Of a stretch of DNA of 64,000 bases, positions 1-9,793 are shown piece by piece. The notes under the pieces were generated by a model, which worked only from the letters and a program-made list of their open reading frames with translations, made no database searches and was not told the DNA's origin. Both the position numbers and the translations under genes were made by a program. Origin of the DNA: Verrucomicrobiaceae bacterium UBA1938. GTDB lineage: Bacteria; Verrucomicrobiota; Verrucomicrobiia; Verrucomicrobiales; Verrucomicrobiaceae. The DNA is taken from NCBI GenBank assembly GCA_002336895.1, contig DDFC01000030.1, forward strand, positions 47,326 to 111,325, in the 5' to 3' direction. Position 1 is the first letter of the stretch. Each line of letters opens with the position of its first letter.

Positions 1-577
1 TGTCATGCGGATGCGAGAAGCCAAAGTTGATGAGAAAGGGGTCCGTGTCCTTCTTCGCCTCGCGCTCGTTCAGGTAGTCCATCACTCGGTCCCCATGCCA
101 GGTGCTGCCGCTTTCGTCGGTGCCGCCGCGCTTGGTCGCATCATGCCGCACGGTGAACTGCTTGTTCGCGCCCTCATACGAGTTGCCCTGCTTGCAGGTG
201 CGCATGGTGTCATAGCCAGCGCGATTGAACACAGCCGCCAGCGTGTTCAGCTCCAGGTTCGGCGGGCAGTGCTCCTTCGCCAGGGGGCCGATGGGCAGAT
301 GCCACACCGTGCGCCCGCTCATGATCATGTGCCGCGAGGGCGTGCACACCGCCCCCACAAACGCGCCCATGTGCCGCGCGGAATCAAACACCATGCCCTC
401 CGCCGCCAGTCTGTCGATGTTGGGACTCTGCAGTGCCGACTTCGGATTGTAAAACTTGAAGTCAAAGGGCGACTGGTCATCCACCACGATGAAAAGAAAA
501 TTCGGCCGCTTCGCAGGAGCAGCGAACGACGAACTCCAAAAGCAAAGCGAGAGCAGGAGGTAGGCGAGCAGTTTCAT
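1..577 (-). CDS. Sulfatase, 5' part only (runs off left edge)
   Basis: Not in ORF track; manual translation from ATG at 577 gives signal peptide MKLLAYLLLSLCF, RPNFLFIVVDD, CTPSR formylglycine motif and FSHPHD. Confidence 0.85.
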   Translation of the reverse strand, partial: MKLLAYLLLSLCFWSSSFAAPAKRPNFLFIVVDDQSPFDFKFYNPKSALQSPNIDRLAAEGMVFDSARHMGAFVGAVCTPSRHMIMSGRTVWHLPIGPLAKEHCPPNLELNTLAAVFNRAGYDTMRTCKQGNSYEGANKQFTVRHDATKRGGTDESGSTWHGDRVMDYLNEREAKKDTDPFLINFGFSHPHD

Positions 578-588
578 GGCGTTGTTGA

Positions 589-2061
589 TCAGTTGGCAGG
601 TGTCGCCTTGGCTTTCTTGCCCGCGCCTTTCTTGGCTGGCGTGAACTTCTTCGCCCCACGCTTGTCCATCGGCAGCAGCGCGCCGCCGCGCGCGTTCATC
701 TCGGCGTCGCACAGCGCACGCATCTCCTTCAGCGCCGCCGCATGCGCGGGATCGTTCGCGTAGTTTTTGAGCTCGTCACGGTCAGACTCCAGATCATGCA
801 GAAACTCATACGCGGGCTGCTGGTCAAAGTAGCGTGCATACACATAGCGCTGCCCACGGATGCCCTCCCACGTCAGTGTGGGCGCCAGGTCCAGGTGCTC
901 GCAGAAGAAGTGATCCCGCCAGGGCTTGTCGCTCCCCTTGCCATCGATGAGCGTGGAGAGGCTGCGACCTTCGTAGGCGTCGGGCCGTTTCACACCCGCC
1001 CAGTCGAGAAAGGTGGCGGGCAGGTCCACATTCAGCACCAGCTCATCCAGCACACGGCCGCGCTTCTCCTTGGGCACACGCGGGTCATAGACGATCATCG
1101 GCACGCGCAGCGACTCCTCGTAGTGCGACCACTTGCCCTGAAAGCCGCGGTCTCCCAGGTAGTACCCGTTGTCTCCAGAATAAACGATGATGGTATTTTC
1201 TGCCAGCCCGGCCTCCTTCAGTGCGGCAAGCACACGCGCGATCGCCTTGTCGATCCCGCTGATCATGCGGTAGTAGGCGCGCACATTGATCTCATACTTC
1301 TCCGGCGTGTCGTAGCCCCAATACCAGCGCTCGCGGTTGATCGAGTCTTTGAGAAACTGCGGATGCGCCTCGTAGATGGCCGGATCTCCCAGGCGCGCAG
1401 GTGGGATGGAGCGGTCCTCATACATGCCGTCGGTGGACTGCGGCCATGGGTACAGGCCGATGCCCGGCCGGTGGTCATTATCTTCGGCATGCGCGGCGTT
1501 GAACCACAGGTTCAGCGCAAAGGGCTTGTCCTTCGGCTGCGATTTGATGAACTCGATCCCCTTGTCACACACGATGTCCGTCTCGTGCCGCTTGCTGCCG
1601 TCGGGCATCGTCTTGATGTATGGATTCCTCCCGATCGCCTCGTACTCGTCATACTGCGCCTCAGGCTTGAAGCCCTGCGGGGAGATCATGTGCCATTTAC
1701 CAAAGTGCCCGGTGCGATAGCCTGCGTTGCGCAGCAGCACGGGATACATGGTGGCCAGAGCCTCCGGCTTCACGGTGGGTATGGCATCCCGCTGCGCATG
1801 GCTGCGCGCCCACTGCCCCGTGAGCACCACGGCGCGGCTGACCCAGCACACCGCCGTGGTCACATGCGCATTGCTGAAGCGCACGCCCTGTGCGGCAAGG
1901 GAGTCCACCGTGGGCGTCTGCACGATGGGGTGCCCTGCACAGCTCTGCGTGTCCCACCGCTGATCGTCGGCAAAGAGGAAGAGGATGTTCGGACGCGCAG
2001 GCGTGTCTGCCGCAGCGGCGGTCAGGCAGAGGGAGGACAGCAGGACAAAAACGGATTTCAT
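589..2061 (-). CDS. Sulfatase family protein
   Basis: Signal peptide, RPNILFLFADD, CWVSR motif, GDNG, GKWSHYEES. Confidence 0.9.
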   Translation of the reverse strand: MKSVFVLLSSLCLTAAAADTPARPNILFLFADDQRWDTQSCAGHPIVQTPTVDSLAAQGVRFSNAHVTTAVCWVSRAVVLTGQWARSHAQRDAIPTVKPEALATMYPVLLRNAGYRTGHFGKWHMISPQGFKPEAQYDEYEAIGRNPYIKTMPDGSKRHETDIVCDKGIEFIKSQPKDKPFALNLWFNAAHAEDNDHRPGIGLYPWPQSTDGMYEDRSIPPARLGDPAIYEAHPQFLKDSINRERWYWGYDTPEKYEINVRAYYRMISGIDKAIARVLAALKEAGLAENTIIVYSGDNGYYLGDRGFQGKWSHYEESLRVPMIVYDPRVPKEKRGRVLDELVLNVDLPATFLDWAGVKRPDAYEGRSLSTLIDGKGSDKPWRDHFFCEHLDLAPTLTWEGIRGQRYVYARYFDQQPAYEFLHDLESDRDELKNYANDPAHAAALKEMRALCDAEMNARGGALLPMDKRGAKKFTPAKKGAGKKAKATPAN

Positions 2062-2106
2062 GAACCTCTGCGAACGAAGCCCGCAGCGCCATTCTTCCGC
2101 CCGAGA

Positions 2107-3585
2107 TCAGGGAATGGGATTCTGTAAAGAGAGCCCGTAGCTCTTTTCCCACCAGGCCACGCGCTCGGCATCGCTGGGCTGGCCTTTTTTCACGCGGCTC
2201 TTCCAGATGCGCTCGTATTCGAGGCGCTTGGCCCGCTGGATGGCGCTCAGCGGCGGCTCCGTGGGCGGGTCTCCCTGCGCACCACGGTCCGGGCTGGAGT
2301 TGATCCAGGTGTCCATGGCACTGCGCATGGCGGCCATGCGATCCGCCACTTTGGGTTCTTTGGCCAGGTTGTGCAGCGACTGCGGGTCGGCCTTGAGGTC
2401 GTAGTATTCCAGCGCCTCACGTCGTGGCGTCAGCCATGCAGCCTGCTGCTCATTGAGCTTTCCCTCCTTGTCCATCACGCGTAGCAGCGGCATGCCGGGG
2501 TAGCTGTACTCTTTGTATCCTGACCAGTTCAGGTGCGAACGCGAGGGCTGAAAGTTGCGCACAAAGAGCGCGTCCGGCTCGATCACCGCTCGGATGCGGT
2601 CCATCGCATCGCCACAGCGGTCACGTGCGGCAAAGAGCCTGCTGCGCTCAGGGAATTCCCGCCCGAGGATCGCCTTCCCCTCCATCCAAGGAGGAATCGG
2701 CAGACTCGCAAGCTGAAGCATGGACGGCGCGAGATCGATGAGGCTCACCAGCCGCTCTTCCACACTGCCTGCGGCCACTCCTGGCCCGCGCATGATCAGC
2801 GGCACATGCAGCCCCTCCGCATTCAGCCACTGCTTGCCCCACGGCATGGGGCGGCCGTGATCGGCAAAAAACATGACAATGGTGTTGTCCAGCACTCCCT
2901 CGGCTTTGAGCTGATCCAGGATGACACCCACCCGCTGATCCACGACTTCCACACTGCGCTGATACGCATACCAGTCACGGCGTACCAGCGGATGATCGGG
3001 GTAGTTCGGCGGGATCTGGATGGCCTTCAGCTTCGCTTCATCATACTCCTCAGGGATTGGAAACGGCCGGTGCGGCTCGGTGATCTGAAACTGCGCAAAA
3101 AAAGGCTGCCCCGGCGTGCGCTTCCGCCAGTCATTGCCATCATACATCTTCGCCGGATCATGGGCAAAGTTGTAGTGCGTCTTGGCCTTGGTCACCGGGC
3201 GTCCGTTGCGCACTGTGCCGGGCGCCGCCGCGTTGGTGACAAACCAGCCCGCTTCGCGCAGCATGCCAGGCAGGTGCTGGTAGGGCGCGGGCAGCGGCTG
3301 CGGATTCTCCGTGTCATGCGGATGCAGCCCCGTCGTGGTTTGATAGCACCCGAGGATGAAGGCCGAACGCGAGGCGCTGCACACCGGCGCCGTGGCATAG
3401 GCCCGTGTGTAGCGCCGCCCCTCTGCCACCAGCCGGTCCAGATGCGGCGTGCTCACCTCCTTCAGGCCGTAGGCTCCAGTGTCCGGTGACATGTCATCGG
3501 CAATGATCCACACAAAATTCGGCGTTGCTGCGGCAGCCGCAGTGTGGAGCGTCAGGAGGACAAGGCTGGTCAGTACAAACTTCAT
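2107..3585 (-). CDS. Sulfatase family protein
   Basis: PNFVWIIADD, CSASR motif, ADHG, YDLKADP. Confidence 0.9.
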   Translation of the reverse strand: MKFVLTSLVLLTLHTAAAAATPNFVWIIADDMSPDTGAYGLKEVSTPHLDRLVAEGRRYTRAYATAPVCSASRSAFILGCYQTTTGLHPHDTENPQPLPAPYQHLPGMLREAGWFVTNAAAPGTVRNGRPVTKAKTHYNFAHDPAKMYDGNDWRKRTPGQPFFAQFQITEPHRPFPIPEEYDEAKLKAIQIPPNYPDHPLVRRDWYAYQRSVEVVDQRVGVILDQLKAEGVLDNTIVMFFADHGRPMPWGKQWLNAEGLHVPLIMRGPGVAAGSVEERLVSLIDLAPSMLQLASLPIPPWMEGKAILGREFPERSRLFAARDRCGDAMDRIRAVIEPDALFVRNFQPSRSHLNWSGYKEYSYPGMPLLRVMDKEGKLNEQQAAWLTPRREALEYYDLKADPQSLHNLAKEPKVADRMAAMRSAMDTWINSSPDRGAQGDPPTEPPLSAIQRAKRLEYERIWKSRVKKGQPSDAERVAWWEKSYGLSLQNPIP

Positions 3586-3633
3586 GCTCTGAAGGGAACG
3601 CGAAGCAGCCAGATTTGTGTCAGCGAGTTGAAC

Positions 3634-4491
3634 TCAATGCTCCGGGATCCACTTCTGCGCCTTCAGCCAGTACACCAGATCCGCAAACCATGGGTGCTGC
3701 GTGCCGATGAGGCCGGTGCCGTGGTCGCCATGCTGGTAAAGGTGCAGCTCATGCGGCACGCCATTCTGGTGCAGGGCTGCGGCGTAGAGCTGCGCGTGCT
3801 CCACCGGCACCAGTTTGTCCTCCGCCGTGTGCCACAGAAAGCACGGCGGCAGTCCGGGGCGCACCTGCAGTTCGCTGGAGGTCTGGCGCACCAGCTCTTC
3901 ACTGGGTTTCTCGCCGATCAGCATCTTGCGCGAGGTCGCGTGCGGCTTGGTGATCATGCTGATCACCGGATAGCACAGGATCGCCAGATCTGGCCTCGCG
4001 CTCACTGTGGGGGTGCGGCCTTCGATCTCGCCGTCCTCAGGCCGGTTGATCAGCGTGGAGGTCAGATGCCCGCCGGCGGAGAATCCCATCACGCCGATGC
4101 GCTTGGGGTCGATCTTCCACCTGTCCGCATTACCACGGATCTGCCGCATGGCCTCCACCGCATCCTGCAGCTGCGCAGGGTAGCGGTAGCCCGCACTGCC
4201 CAGCCGGTAGCGCAGCACAAAGGCCGTGATGCCCTGCTCATTCAGCCAGAGTGCAAACGGCTCCGCCTGCCCCTCATAGATGCCCGAGTAGCTTCCACCC
4301 GGGATCAGCAGCATCGCAGCACCGCTCGCCTTGGCTGGCACATACGGCGTCAGCGTCGGGATGTCCTTGGCCGCTGTGTCCAGGGCTCCTGGCGCACCAT
4401 CTGGCCACAGCACCATGGGTTTTTCAGCTGCCGAAAGCGATGAATGGCAGACGAGCAGCAGAAGCGAAAGTATCAGTTTAAAAGACTTCAT
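3634..4491 (-). CDS. Alpha/beta hydrolase (BD-FAE/acetyl esterase-like)
   Basis: PGGSY oxyanion loop, GFSAG nucleophile motif, D..VP and HGDHG catalytic motifs, signal peptide. Confidence 0.85.
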   Translation of the reverse strand: MKSFKLILSLLLLVCHSSLSAAEKPMVLWPDGAPGALDTAAKDIPTLTPYVPAKASGAAMLLIPGGSYSGIYEGQAEPFALWLNEQGITAFVLRYRLGSAGYRYPAQLQDAVEAMRQIRGNADRWKIDPKRIGVMGFSAGGHLTSTLINRPEDGEIEGRTPTVSARPDLAILCYPVISMITKPHATSRKMLIGEKPSEELVRQTSSELQVRPGLPPCFLWHTAEDKLVPVEHAQLYAAALHQNGVPHELHLYQHGDHGTGLIGTQHPWFADLVYWLKAQKWIPEH

Positions 4492-4509
4492 GGCGGCGGG
4501 ATGATAAGG

Positions 4510-6099
4510 TCACGGACCTACAAACTCCTCACGCGAAAGCCGTCCATCCTGATTTTTGTCGAAATTCTTGAAGCGCTGCGCGGCGTTTTCCTTGTTGGAG
4601 AGACCCTCGCTGTATTCTTCGAGCGTAAGGATGCCGTCGGCATTCTTGTCCCATTTCTTGAAGGCCGCTGCGCGGTTGGGTGCAGCTTTGGCGGGAGCCG
4701 AAGACGGCTTTTTATGTGCTGCGCCCGGCTCGGGCGGCGTGGGCACCGGCAGCGTTTTCTGCCAGGCACGCAGGGCGGCGGTCATCGCGGCGGTCCGCTG
4801 CGGATCGGTGGCGGAGAGGTCATGTGCCTGCGCGCGATCCTTGCTCAGGTCATAAAGTTCGGTGCGACTGCCGTCATAGTTCATGACCAGCGTGTGGAAA
4901 CCGTCGCGCATCGCCAGTTGCGGCCAGTCGGCCTCCTGCGCGTTCGGACCGCGCCATTCCCAGAAGAGCGGCTGCGTGCGCACGAAAGCCTCTCCTTTGA
5001 ATGCCGCCAGCACATTCAGCCCGTCGCTTTGATAACCTTCCGGAGCGGCAACACCTGCCGCCGCCAGCAGCGTGGGCAGCATGTCCACTCCGGCGATCAC
5101 GCTCGTCTTGTCCACGCGCCCCGCAGGCACCCGCCCGGGCCAGCGCACCAGGAAGGGCACGTTCACGCCGCCCATGTACAGACTGCGTTTGCGTCCGCGC
5201 AGTCCGCCCGTGGTGCCCACGCTGTGGTACAGTTTGTCCGTCGGGCGCGCCTGCGAATTCTCCGGGCCGTTGTCGCTGGAAAAGATGACGATCGTGTTCT
5301 CGGCCAGCTTCAGTTCATCCAGCAGCGCCAGCACCCGCCCCACCTGCGCATCGGCCCGGGTGACGGCGGAGTAATAGGTGCGCTGCGGTTCGGCCGTGTC
5401 GGGATACGGCGCCTTTTGCTCCTCCGTGGCGGCGACGAGGTGATGCGTCTCGTGCAGCCAGAAATGGATGTAAAACGGCTTCTTTTCCACGCTCGCCTGC
5501 CTGACAAAACGCAGCACATGCTCCGCCGCCGCGATGGTTTGAAACGACGCCCCCGACTTGTCATGGGCATCTCCCGCCTGCCGCTCGACGCTCGTGCCTT
5601 CAAACACATTTCGCCCCGGCCCGGTCCAGACAGCGGCATCATCATTGCCATACGCCGCAGGCAGCGGAGCATCGATGTCCTTGCCGACGCCGGAGAGGTG
5701 CCACTTGCCATAGTGCGCCGTGGCGTAGCCCGCATCTTTCATCAGCCGCGGCAGCAGCGTGACCTTCGGGTCCAGCCAGTCTGGCATGCCGCGTGCGACA
5801 TTCTCCGCATGACCGGCGAAATGCTGATGCACGAGAAACCGTGCCGGATACCGCCCGCTGACAATGGCCGTGCGGCTGGGCGAACACACCGGATGGCACA
5901 CGACGAACTGCTGGAAATCGGTCCCCTCCCTCGCGAGGCGGTCCAGATTTGGCGTTTTCAGATGCGGGTGCCCGTGGCAGGCGAGATCGCCCCAGCCCCA
6001 GTCATCCGCATAGATAAAAAGGATGTTCGGCCTCGATTCCGCAGCGAATGCCGCGCTCAGCATGGCAAATGAGAAAAACAGGATCAGGCAGGATTTCAC
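4510..6099 (-). CDS. Sulfatase with C-terminal EF-hand pair
   Basis: GTG start at 6099 gives a signal peptide; RPNILFIYADD, CSPSR, GKWHL, SDNG; DKNADGILTLEE and DKNQDGRLSREE EF-hand loops. Confidence 0.88.
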   Translation of the reverse strand: MKSCLILFFSFAMLSAAFAAESRPNILFIYADDWGWGDLACHGHPHLKTPNLDRLAREGTDFQQFVVCHPVCSPSRTAIVSGRYPARFLVHQHFAGHAENVARGMPDWLDPKVTLLPRLMKDAGYATAHYGKWHLSGVGKDIDAPLPAAYGNDDAAVWTGPGRNVFEGTSVERQAGDAHDKSGASFQTIAAAEHVLRFVRQASVEKKPFYIHFWLHETHHLVAATEEQKAPYPDTAEPQRTYYSAVTRADAQVGRVLALLDELKLAENTIVIFSSDNGPENSQARPTDKLYHSVGTTGGLRGRKRSLYMGGVNVPFLVRWPGRVPAGRVDKTSVIAGVDMLPTLLAAAGVAAPEGYQSDGLNVLAAFKGEAFVRTQPLFWEWRGPNAQEADWPQLAMRDGFHTLVMNYDGSRTELYDLSKDRAQAHDLSATDPQRTAAMTAALRAWQKTLPVPTPPEPGAAHKKPSSAPAKAAPNRAAAFKKWDKNADGILTLEEYSEGLSNKENAAQRFKNFDKNQDGRLSREEFVGP

Positions 6100-6194
6100 G
6101 CCATCAGAACGATGATGAAGCAAGGATCTCGCGTGTTTCAGCACCGCATTGCTTTCCGCTGGCAATTCACACCATTGTGACGGACAGCAGCGGG

Positions 6195-7328
6195 ATGTCA
6201 GAAACCGCCCCCCATCCTTTTGCCGCACTCGGAGTCCCCACGGAGATGCTTCGTGCTCTCGAGGAGCTCGGCATCGTCACCCCCACGGAGGTGCAGCAGA
6301 AGGCCATCCCCTTCCTCATGGAAAACGGCGGTGATCTCATCGCCCAGGCGCAGACCGGCACCGGCAAGACCGCCGCCTTTGGCCTGCCGCTCCTCACCAA
6401 GGTGAACCCCAAGCACCGCGACATCCAGGCCCTGGTCCTCGCACCCACGCGCGAGCTCGCCAAGCAGATCGGCAAGCAGCTCTTCCGCTTCACCAAATAC
6501 TGCCCGCAGAAGATCTTCGTGGAGGTCGTCAGCGGTGGTGACAAAATCGACCGCCAGGCTGAGGCGCTCCAGCGCCCCACCCACATCGTCGTCGCCACTC
6601 CGGGCCGACTGATCGACCTTCTTGAGCGCGATGCCCTCACCCTGGAGTTTGTGCGCTACGTCGTGCTCGATGAAGCGGACGAGATGCTCAGCATGGGCTT
6701 CAAAAAGCAGCTCACCGAGATCCTCAAGCTCGCCGCCATGCGCCGCAGCACCTGGCTTTTTTCCGCCACCTTCCCAGGCGGCATCCAGGAGCTCATCCGC
6801 GGCTACATGTCCGCCACCTCGCACCGCATCCAGATCGACGAGAGCAACGTGGTCAATCCCGACATCGACCACCGCTTCGTCGTCTGCCCGCGCGACAAAA
6901 AAACCGCCTTCATCTTCGACTTCCTCCAGCGTCAGAAAGACCGCCGCGGCATCATCTTCTGCCGCACCAAGGCCGGCGCACGGGAGCTGCACGAGGAGCT
7001 CGTCGGTCTCGGCCTGCCCGTCGGCGTCCTGCAGGGAGACCTCATGCAAAAGGAGCGTGACAAAGTCATGCGCGCCTTCAAAAAGCAGCGTGTGCAGTTC
7101 GTCATCGCCACGGACGTGGCCGCGCGCGGCATCGACGTGGCGGAGCTCTCCTTCGTCATCCATCACCAGCTTCCCGAGCAGATGGAGTACTACACCCACC
7201 GCAGCGGCCGCACCGCCCGCGCCGGAAAGAAGGGCATGTCACTCGTTGTCGTGGACCCCAAGGAGAAATGGCAGGTCAAGCAGGTGGAAGATTCGCTCAA
7301 GGTGAGGTTCAGCGAGTATCGGAAGTGA
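6195..7328 (+). CDS. DEAD-box RNA helicase
   Basis: Q motif, AQTGTGKT, PTRELA, DEAD, SAT, ARGID, HRSGRTARAG; start moved to ATG 6195. Confidence 0.92.
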   Translation: MSETAPHPFAALGVPTEMLRALEELGIVTPTEVQQKAIPFLMENGGDLIAQAQTGTGKTAAFGLPLLTKVNPKHRDIQALVLAPTRELAKQIGKQLFRFTKYCPQKIFVEVVSGGDKIDRQAEALQRPTHIVVATPGRLIDLLERDALTLEFVRYVVLDEADEMLSMGFKKQLTEILKLAAMRRSTWLFSATFPGGIQELIRGYMSATSHRIQIDESNVVNPDIDHRFVVCPRDKKTAFIFDFLQRQKDRRGIIFCRTKAGARELHEELVGLGLPVGVLQGDLMQKERDKVMRAFKKQRVQFVIATDVAARGIDVAELSFVIHHQLPEQMEYYTHRSGRTARAGKKGMSLVVVDPKEKWQVKQVEDSLKVRFSEYRK

Positions 7329-7330
7329 TT

Positions 7331-7735
7331 TCACTTCCTGCCGCGCAGCCACCGCACCAGCAGGATCAGCGTCAGCGTGGTCGTGGCACCCGTCGCATCC
7401 GCGATCAGGTCGCGCATTGTCTCCCCGATGCTGTACTGAATGTGCGTGTGAAGGAAAATATCCGAGGCAAACTCTGCAAACTCCCAGAACACACCCACCG
7501 TGCAGGCCAGCGCAAAGGCGAACAGATACCGCGCAAAGGAGGTCAGCTCCCCCAGCCGGTGCGCAAAGAGCTCCAGCGCATGCCAGAGAAAGTAGGTGAT
7601 CGCCAGCCCCCCGCTGTAGTGCATCACAAAATCCAGCGGCTCTCGCCAGCGCGTGTGCTGGATCTCATGATGAAAGACCAGCACCGCCAAAGGTGCCCAC
7701 CCGGCGCGCAGCAGCAGGCGGAGCAGCGGCTTCAT
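7331..7735 (-). CDS. Small membrane protein (VanZ/DUF2238-like)
   Basis: Several hydrophobic helices, H.SGG and WEFAEF..D...D motifs; start overlaps stop of upstream gene. Confidence 0.6.
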   Translation of the reverse strand: MKPLLRLLLRAGWAPLAVLVFHHEIQHTRWREPLDFVMHYSGGLAITYFLWHALELFAHRLGELTSFARYLFAFALACTVGVFWEFAEFASDIFLHTHIQYSIGETMRDLIADATGATTTLTLILLVRWLRGRK

Positions 7736-8283
7736 AGTCTCGGCCAGTTCACTTTGGCGATCTGCTCGCGGCCGTTGCGGTCGTGGTACTTCACGTGGCC
7801 GTTCTCCACGCCGTACTGGTGCACGCACATGGTCACCTTCACATCGTAGCAGCAGTATTCGGCGATCTTGGCCACCTCTCCCTGCTGCCACCATTTCAGC
7901 GCATCCAGGCCGTCGGCGGTTTTGCCCGCGCCGATCGTGGCCGAGGCCACGGCCTCCAGCTTGATGCGGTGCCCCAGCGTCTTTTCCAGATCGATCAGCA
8001 GGTCCAGGCTGTGCGGCAGGTCGGCTGGGTCAAAGAGCAGGTCGTGCCCTTTCAGCACCTCGTAGTCAAACCCGATGTGGTTGTACCCCACCACCAGATC
8101 CGCCTCCTTGAGCTGGCGGATCAGCGCGGGCGCTTCCTCCTGCGTGTAGATGGAGTACTCGTTCAGCCGCGTGCTGAAGGTGCACGCCACCGAGATCCCC
8201 ATCATGTGCTTGTTCCCCCAGCCGCCCACGTCATTCGCGGTGCGGCGGGTTTCCAGGTCAAAGTAAACAATGTCTCCAGCCAT
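7732..8283 (-). CDS. Stand-alone RNase H-like / DEDD 3'-5' exonuclease domain protein
   Basis: YFDLET, VGYNHIGFD, DLL and YCCYDV acidic motifs. Confidence 0.75.
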   Translation of the reverse strand: MAGDIVYFDLETRRTANDVGGWGNKHMMGISVACTFSTRLNEYSIYTQEEAPALIRQLKEADLVVGYNHIGFDYEVLKGHDLLFDPADLPHSLDLLIDLEKTLGHRIKLEAVASATIGAGKTADGLDALKWWQQGEVAKIAEYCCYDVKVTMCVHQYGVENGHVKYHDRNGREQIAKVNWPRL

Positions 8284-8312
8284 GAGATGAGCGCAGGCCC
8301 TGAGGCGGAGGC

Positions 8313-8777
8313 TTAGCCAATGCGGTAAACGATGCGCGCCTTGTCCATGTCGTAGGGGGACATTTCGATCTTCACCGCGTCGCCGATCACGAGACGGATG
8401 AATTTCTTGCGCATCTTGCCGGAGATATGGGCCAGCACTTCGTGGCCGTTGCGCAGCTTCACGCGGAACATCGTGCCCGCGAGCACAGCGGCGATGGTGC
8501 CTTCCAGCTCGATGGCTTCTTCCTTCTGCTTTGCCGGTTCCTCAGGTTCCGGCGGACGCGGCGGCGGGGAAAAGCGCTGGCCACCACCAGCAGGTCCGCT
8601 TGGGCGGCGCGGAGGGCCTCCGCTGCCACCACGGTTGGGGCCTGGGCCGGGACCGCGGTTCGGACCTGGGCCTGGGCCGCGATTAGGGCCGGGACCACGG
8701 TTGGGACCGCCGCTGGAATTGCCCGGGCGGGGAGGACCAGAACGTGAGGGGCCGCGATTGGGAGGAGGACGTGACAT
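8313..8777 (-). CDS. infA: Translation initiation factor IF-1 with Pro/Gly/Arg-rich N-terminal extension
   Basis: C-terminal 70 aa KEEAIELEG...[22 protein letters not shown]...GD.V..EMSPYD..KARI.YR is canonical IF-1. Confidence 0.92.
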   Translation of the reverse strand: MSRPPPNRGPSRSGPPRPGNSSGGPNRGPGPNRGPGPGPNRGPGPGPNRGGSGGPPRRPSGPAGGGQRFSPPPRPPEPEEPAKQKEEAIELEGTIAAVLAGTMFRVKLRNGHEVLAHISGKMRKKFIRLVIGDAVKIEMSPYDMDKARIVYRIG

Positions 8778-8938
8778 GCGTGAAAAAAAGATGGGCGTGA
8801 GGATGCTGCCACCGCCGGGGATTACAAGGGTAATTTTGTGCCGCTGGCGGCGGCAAATCCCTTTGTGGAAATTCGGGCAGACAAAAATCTCGCCCCCCTG
8901 CGTCCTTCTCGTCGAAACTGCCTCCCTCTTCCCAGCGC

Positions 8939-9445
8939 ATGTCCGCCGCCCCCACACTGCCTGAAATCTATGATGCCCACGCGGCGGGCCTGTTTCATTA
9001 CTTTGCCAGCTTCACCGGTGCTGAGGCGGATGCCAAGGACCTGCTGCAGGACTTCTTTCTCAAACTGGGCCGGCAGCACATCCCGCCGGGCATCGCCAGC
9101 ATGCGCGCCTGGCTGCTCCGGCTGGCGCACCACCACGCCATCGACTGGCTGCGCCGCCATCAGGTGCGGCGGCGCGCGGAGGTGGCTGCCCCGGTGGAAA
9201 CCTTCGCTGCTCATGCGGACCCCGACCAGCAGGAGCTGGCGCGGCGTCTCACCCGTGCCCTGGCCGCACTGCCGCTGGAGCAGCGCAGCGTGGCCCAGCT
9301 CAGGCTCTGGGACGGCCTCACCTTTGAAGAGATCGCAGAGGTGCAGGGCATCCCGCTCAACACCGCCGCCAGCCGCTACCGCTACGCCCTGGAAAAACTC
9401 CGCACCGAGCTGCGTCCCTTCTACGACGAACTCAAGCCCTCATGA
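8939..9445 (+). CDS. ECF sigma-70 factor
   Basis: Region 2 [10 protein letters not shown] / WLLRLAHH, region 4 LPLEQR...[25 protein letters not shown]. Confidence 0.88.
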   Translation: MSAAPTLPEIYDAHAAGLFHYFASFTGAEADAKDLLQDFFLKLGRQHIPPGIASMRAWLLRLAHHHAIDWLRRHQVRRRAEVAAPVETFAAHADPDQQELARRLTRALAALPLEQRSVAQLRLWDGLTFEEIAEVQGIPLNTAASRYRYALEKLRTELRPFYDELKPS

Positions 9446-9759
9446 CCCCCATGATCCCGGAACCCGATGCCTTTGAATCCACCCTGCGCGCCCTGCAGCG
9501 CCGCCCGCTCCCGGCGCAGTGGCGGGAGGAGATGTTGCAGGCCGCCGCTGTCGCCAAAGTATCACCACAGCCCGCTCGCACTCCGCGCTGGCTGCTCGCT
9601 GGCTGGGGTCTCGCCTGGGCGGCCACGTTGGTGCTCTACCTCGGCACCCCGGCGGAGCCGCCGCCTGCGCCCTCCGCCGCTCTGGGTGCCGCCACACCGC
9701 CCGCCCGGCTGTTGCAGCAGCACAGCGCCGAGATCGAGGCCCTGCTGGCCGCCAACTGA
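9442..9759 (+). CDS. Putative single-TM anti-sigma factor
   Basis: 4-nt overlap with sigma gene, FE..L..L.RRPLP..WREEML N-terminus, one TM segment. Confidence 0.6.
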   Translation: MTPMIPEPDAFESTLRALQRRPLPAQWREEMLQAAAVAKVSPQPARTPRWLLAGWGLAWAATLVLYLGTPAEPPPAPSAALGAATPPARLLQQHSAEIEALLAAN

Positions 9760-9793
9760 AAACACTTCCCCCCACTTTTTACCACTTCATACC

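Noticed and set aside
6048-6228. Longer N-termini given by the ORF track (e.g. 6048, 6228, 8957, 9467, 11088, 14252, 16058, 24328, 35613)
   Set aside because: Extensions overlap neighbouring genes or repeats; downstream starts give proper signal peptides or family N-termini
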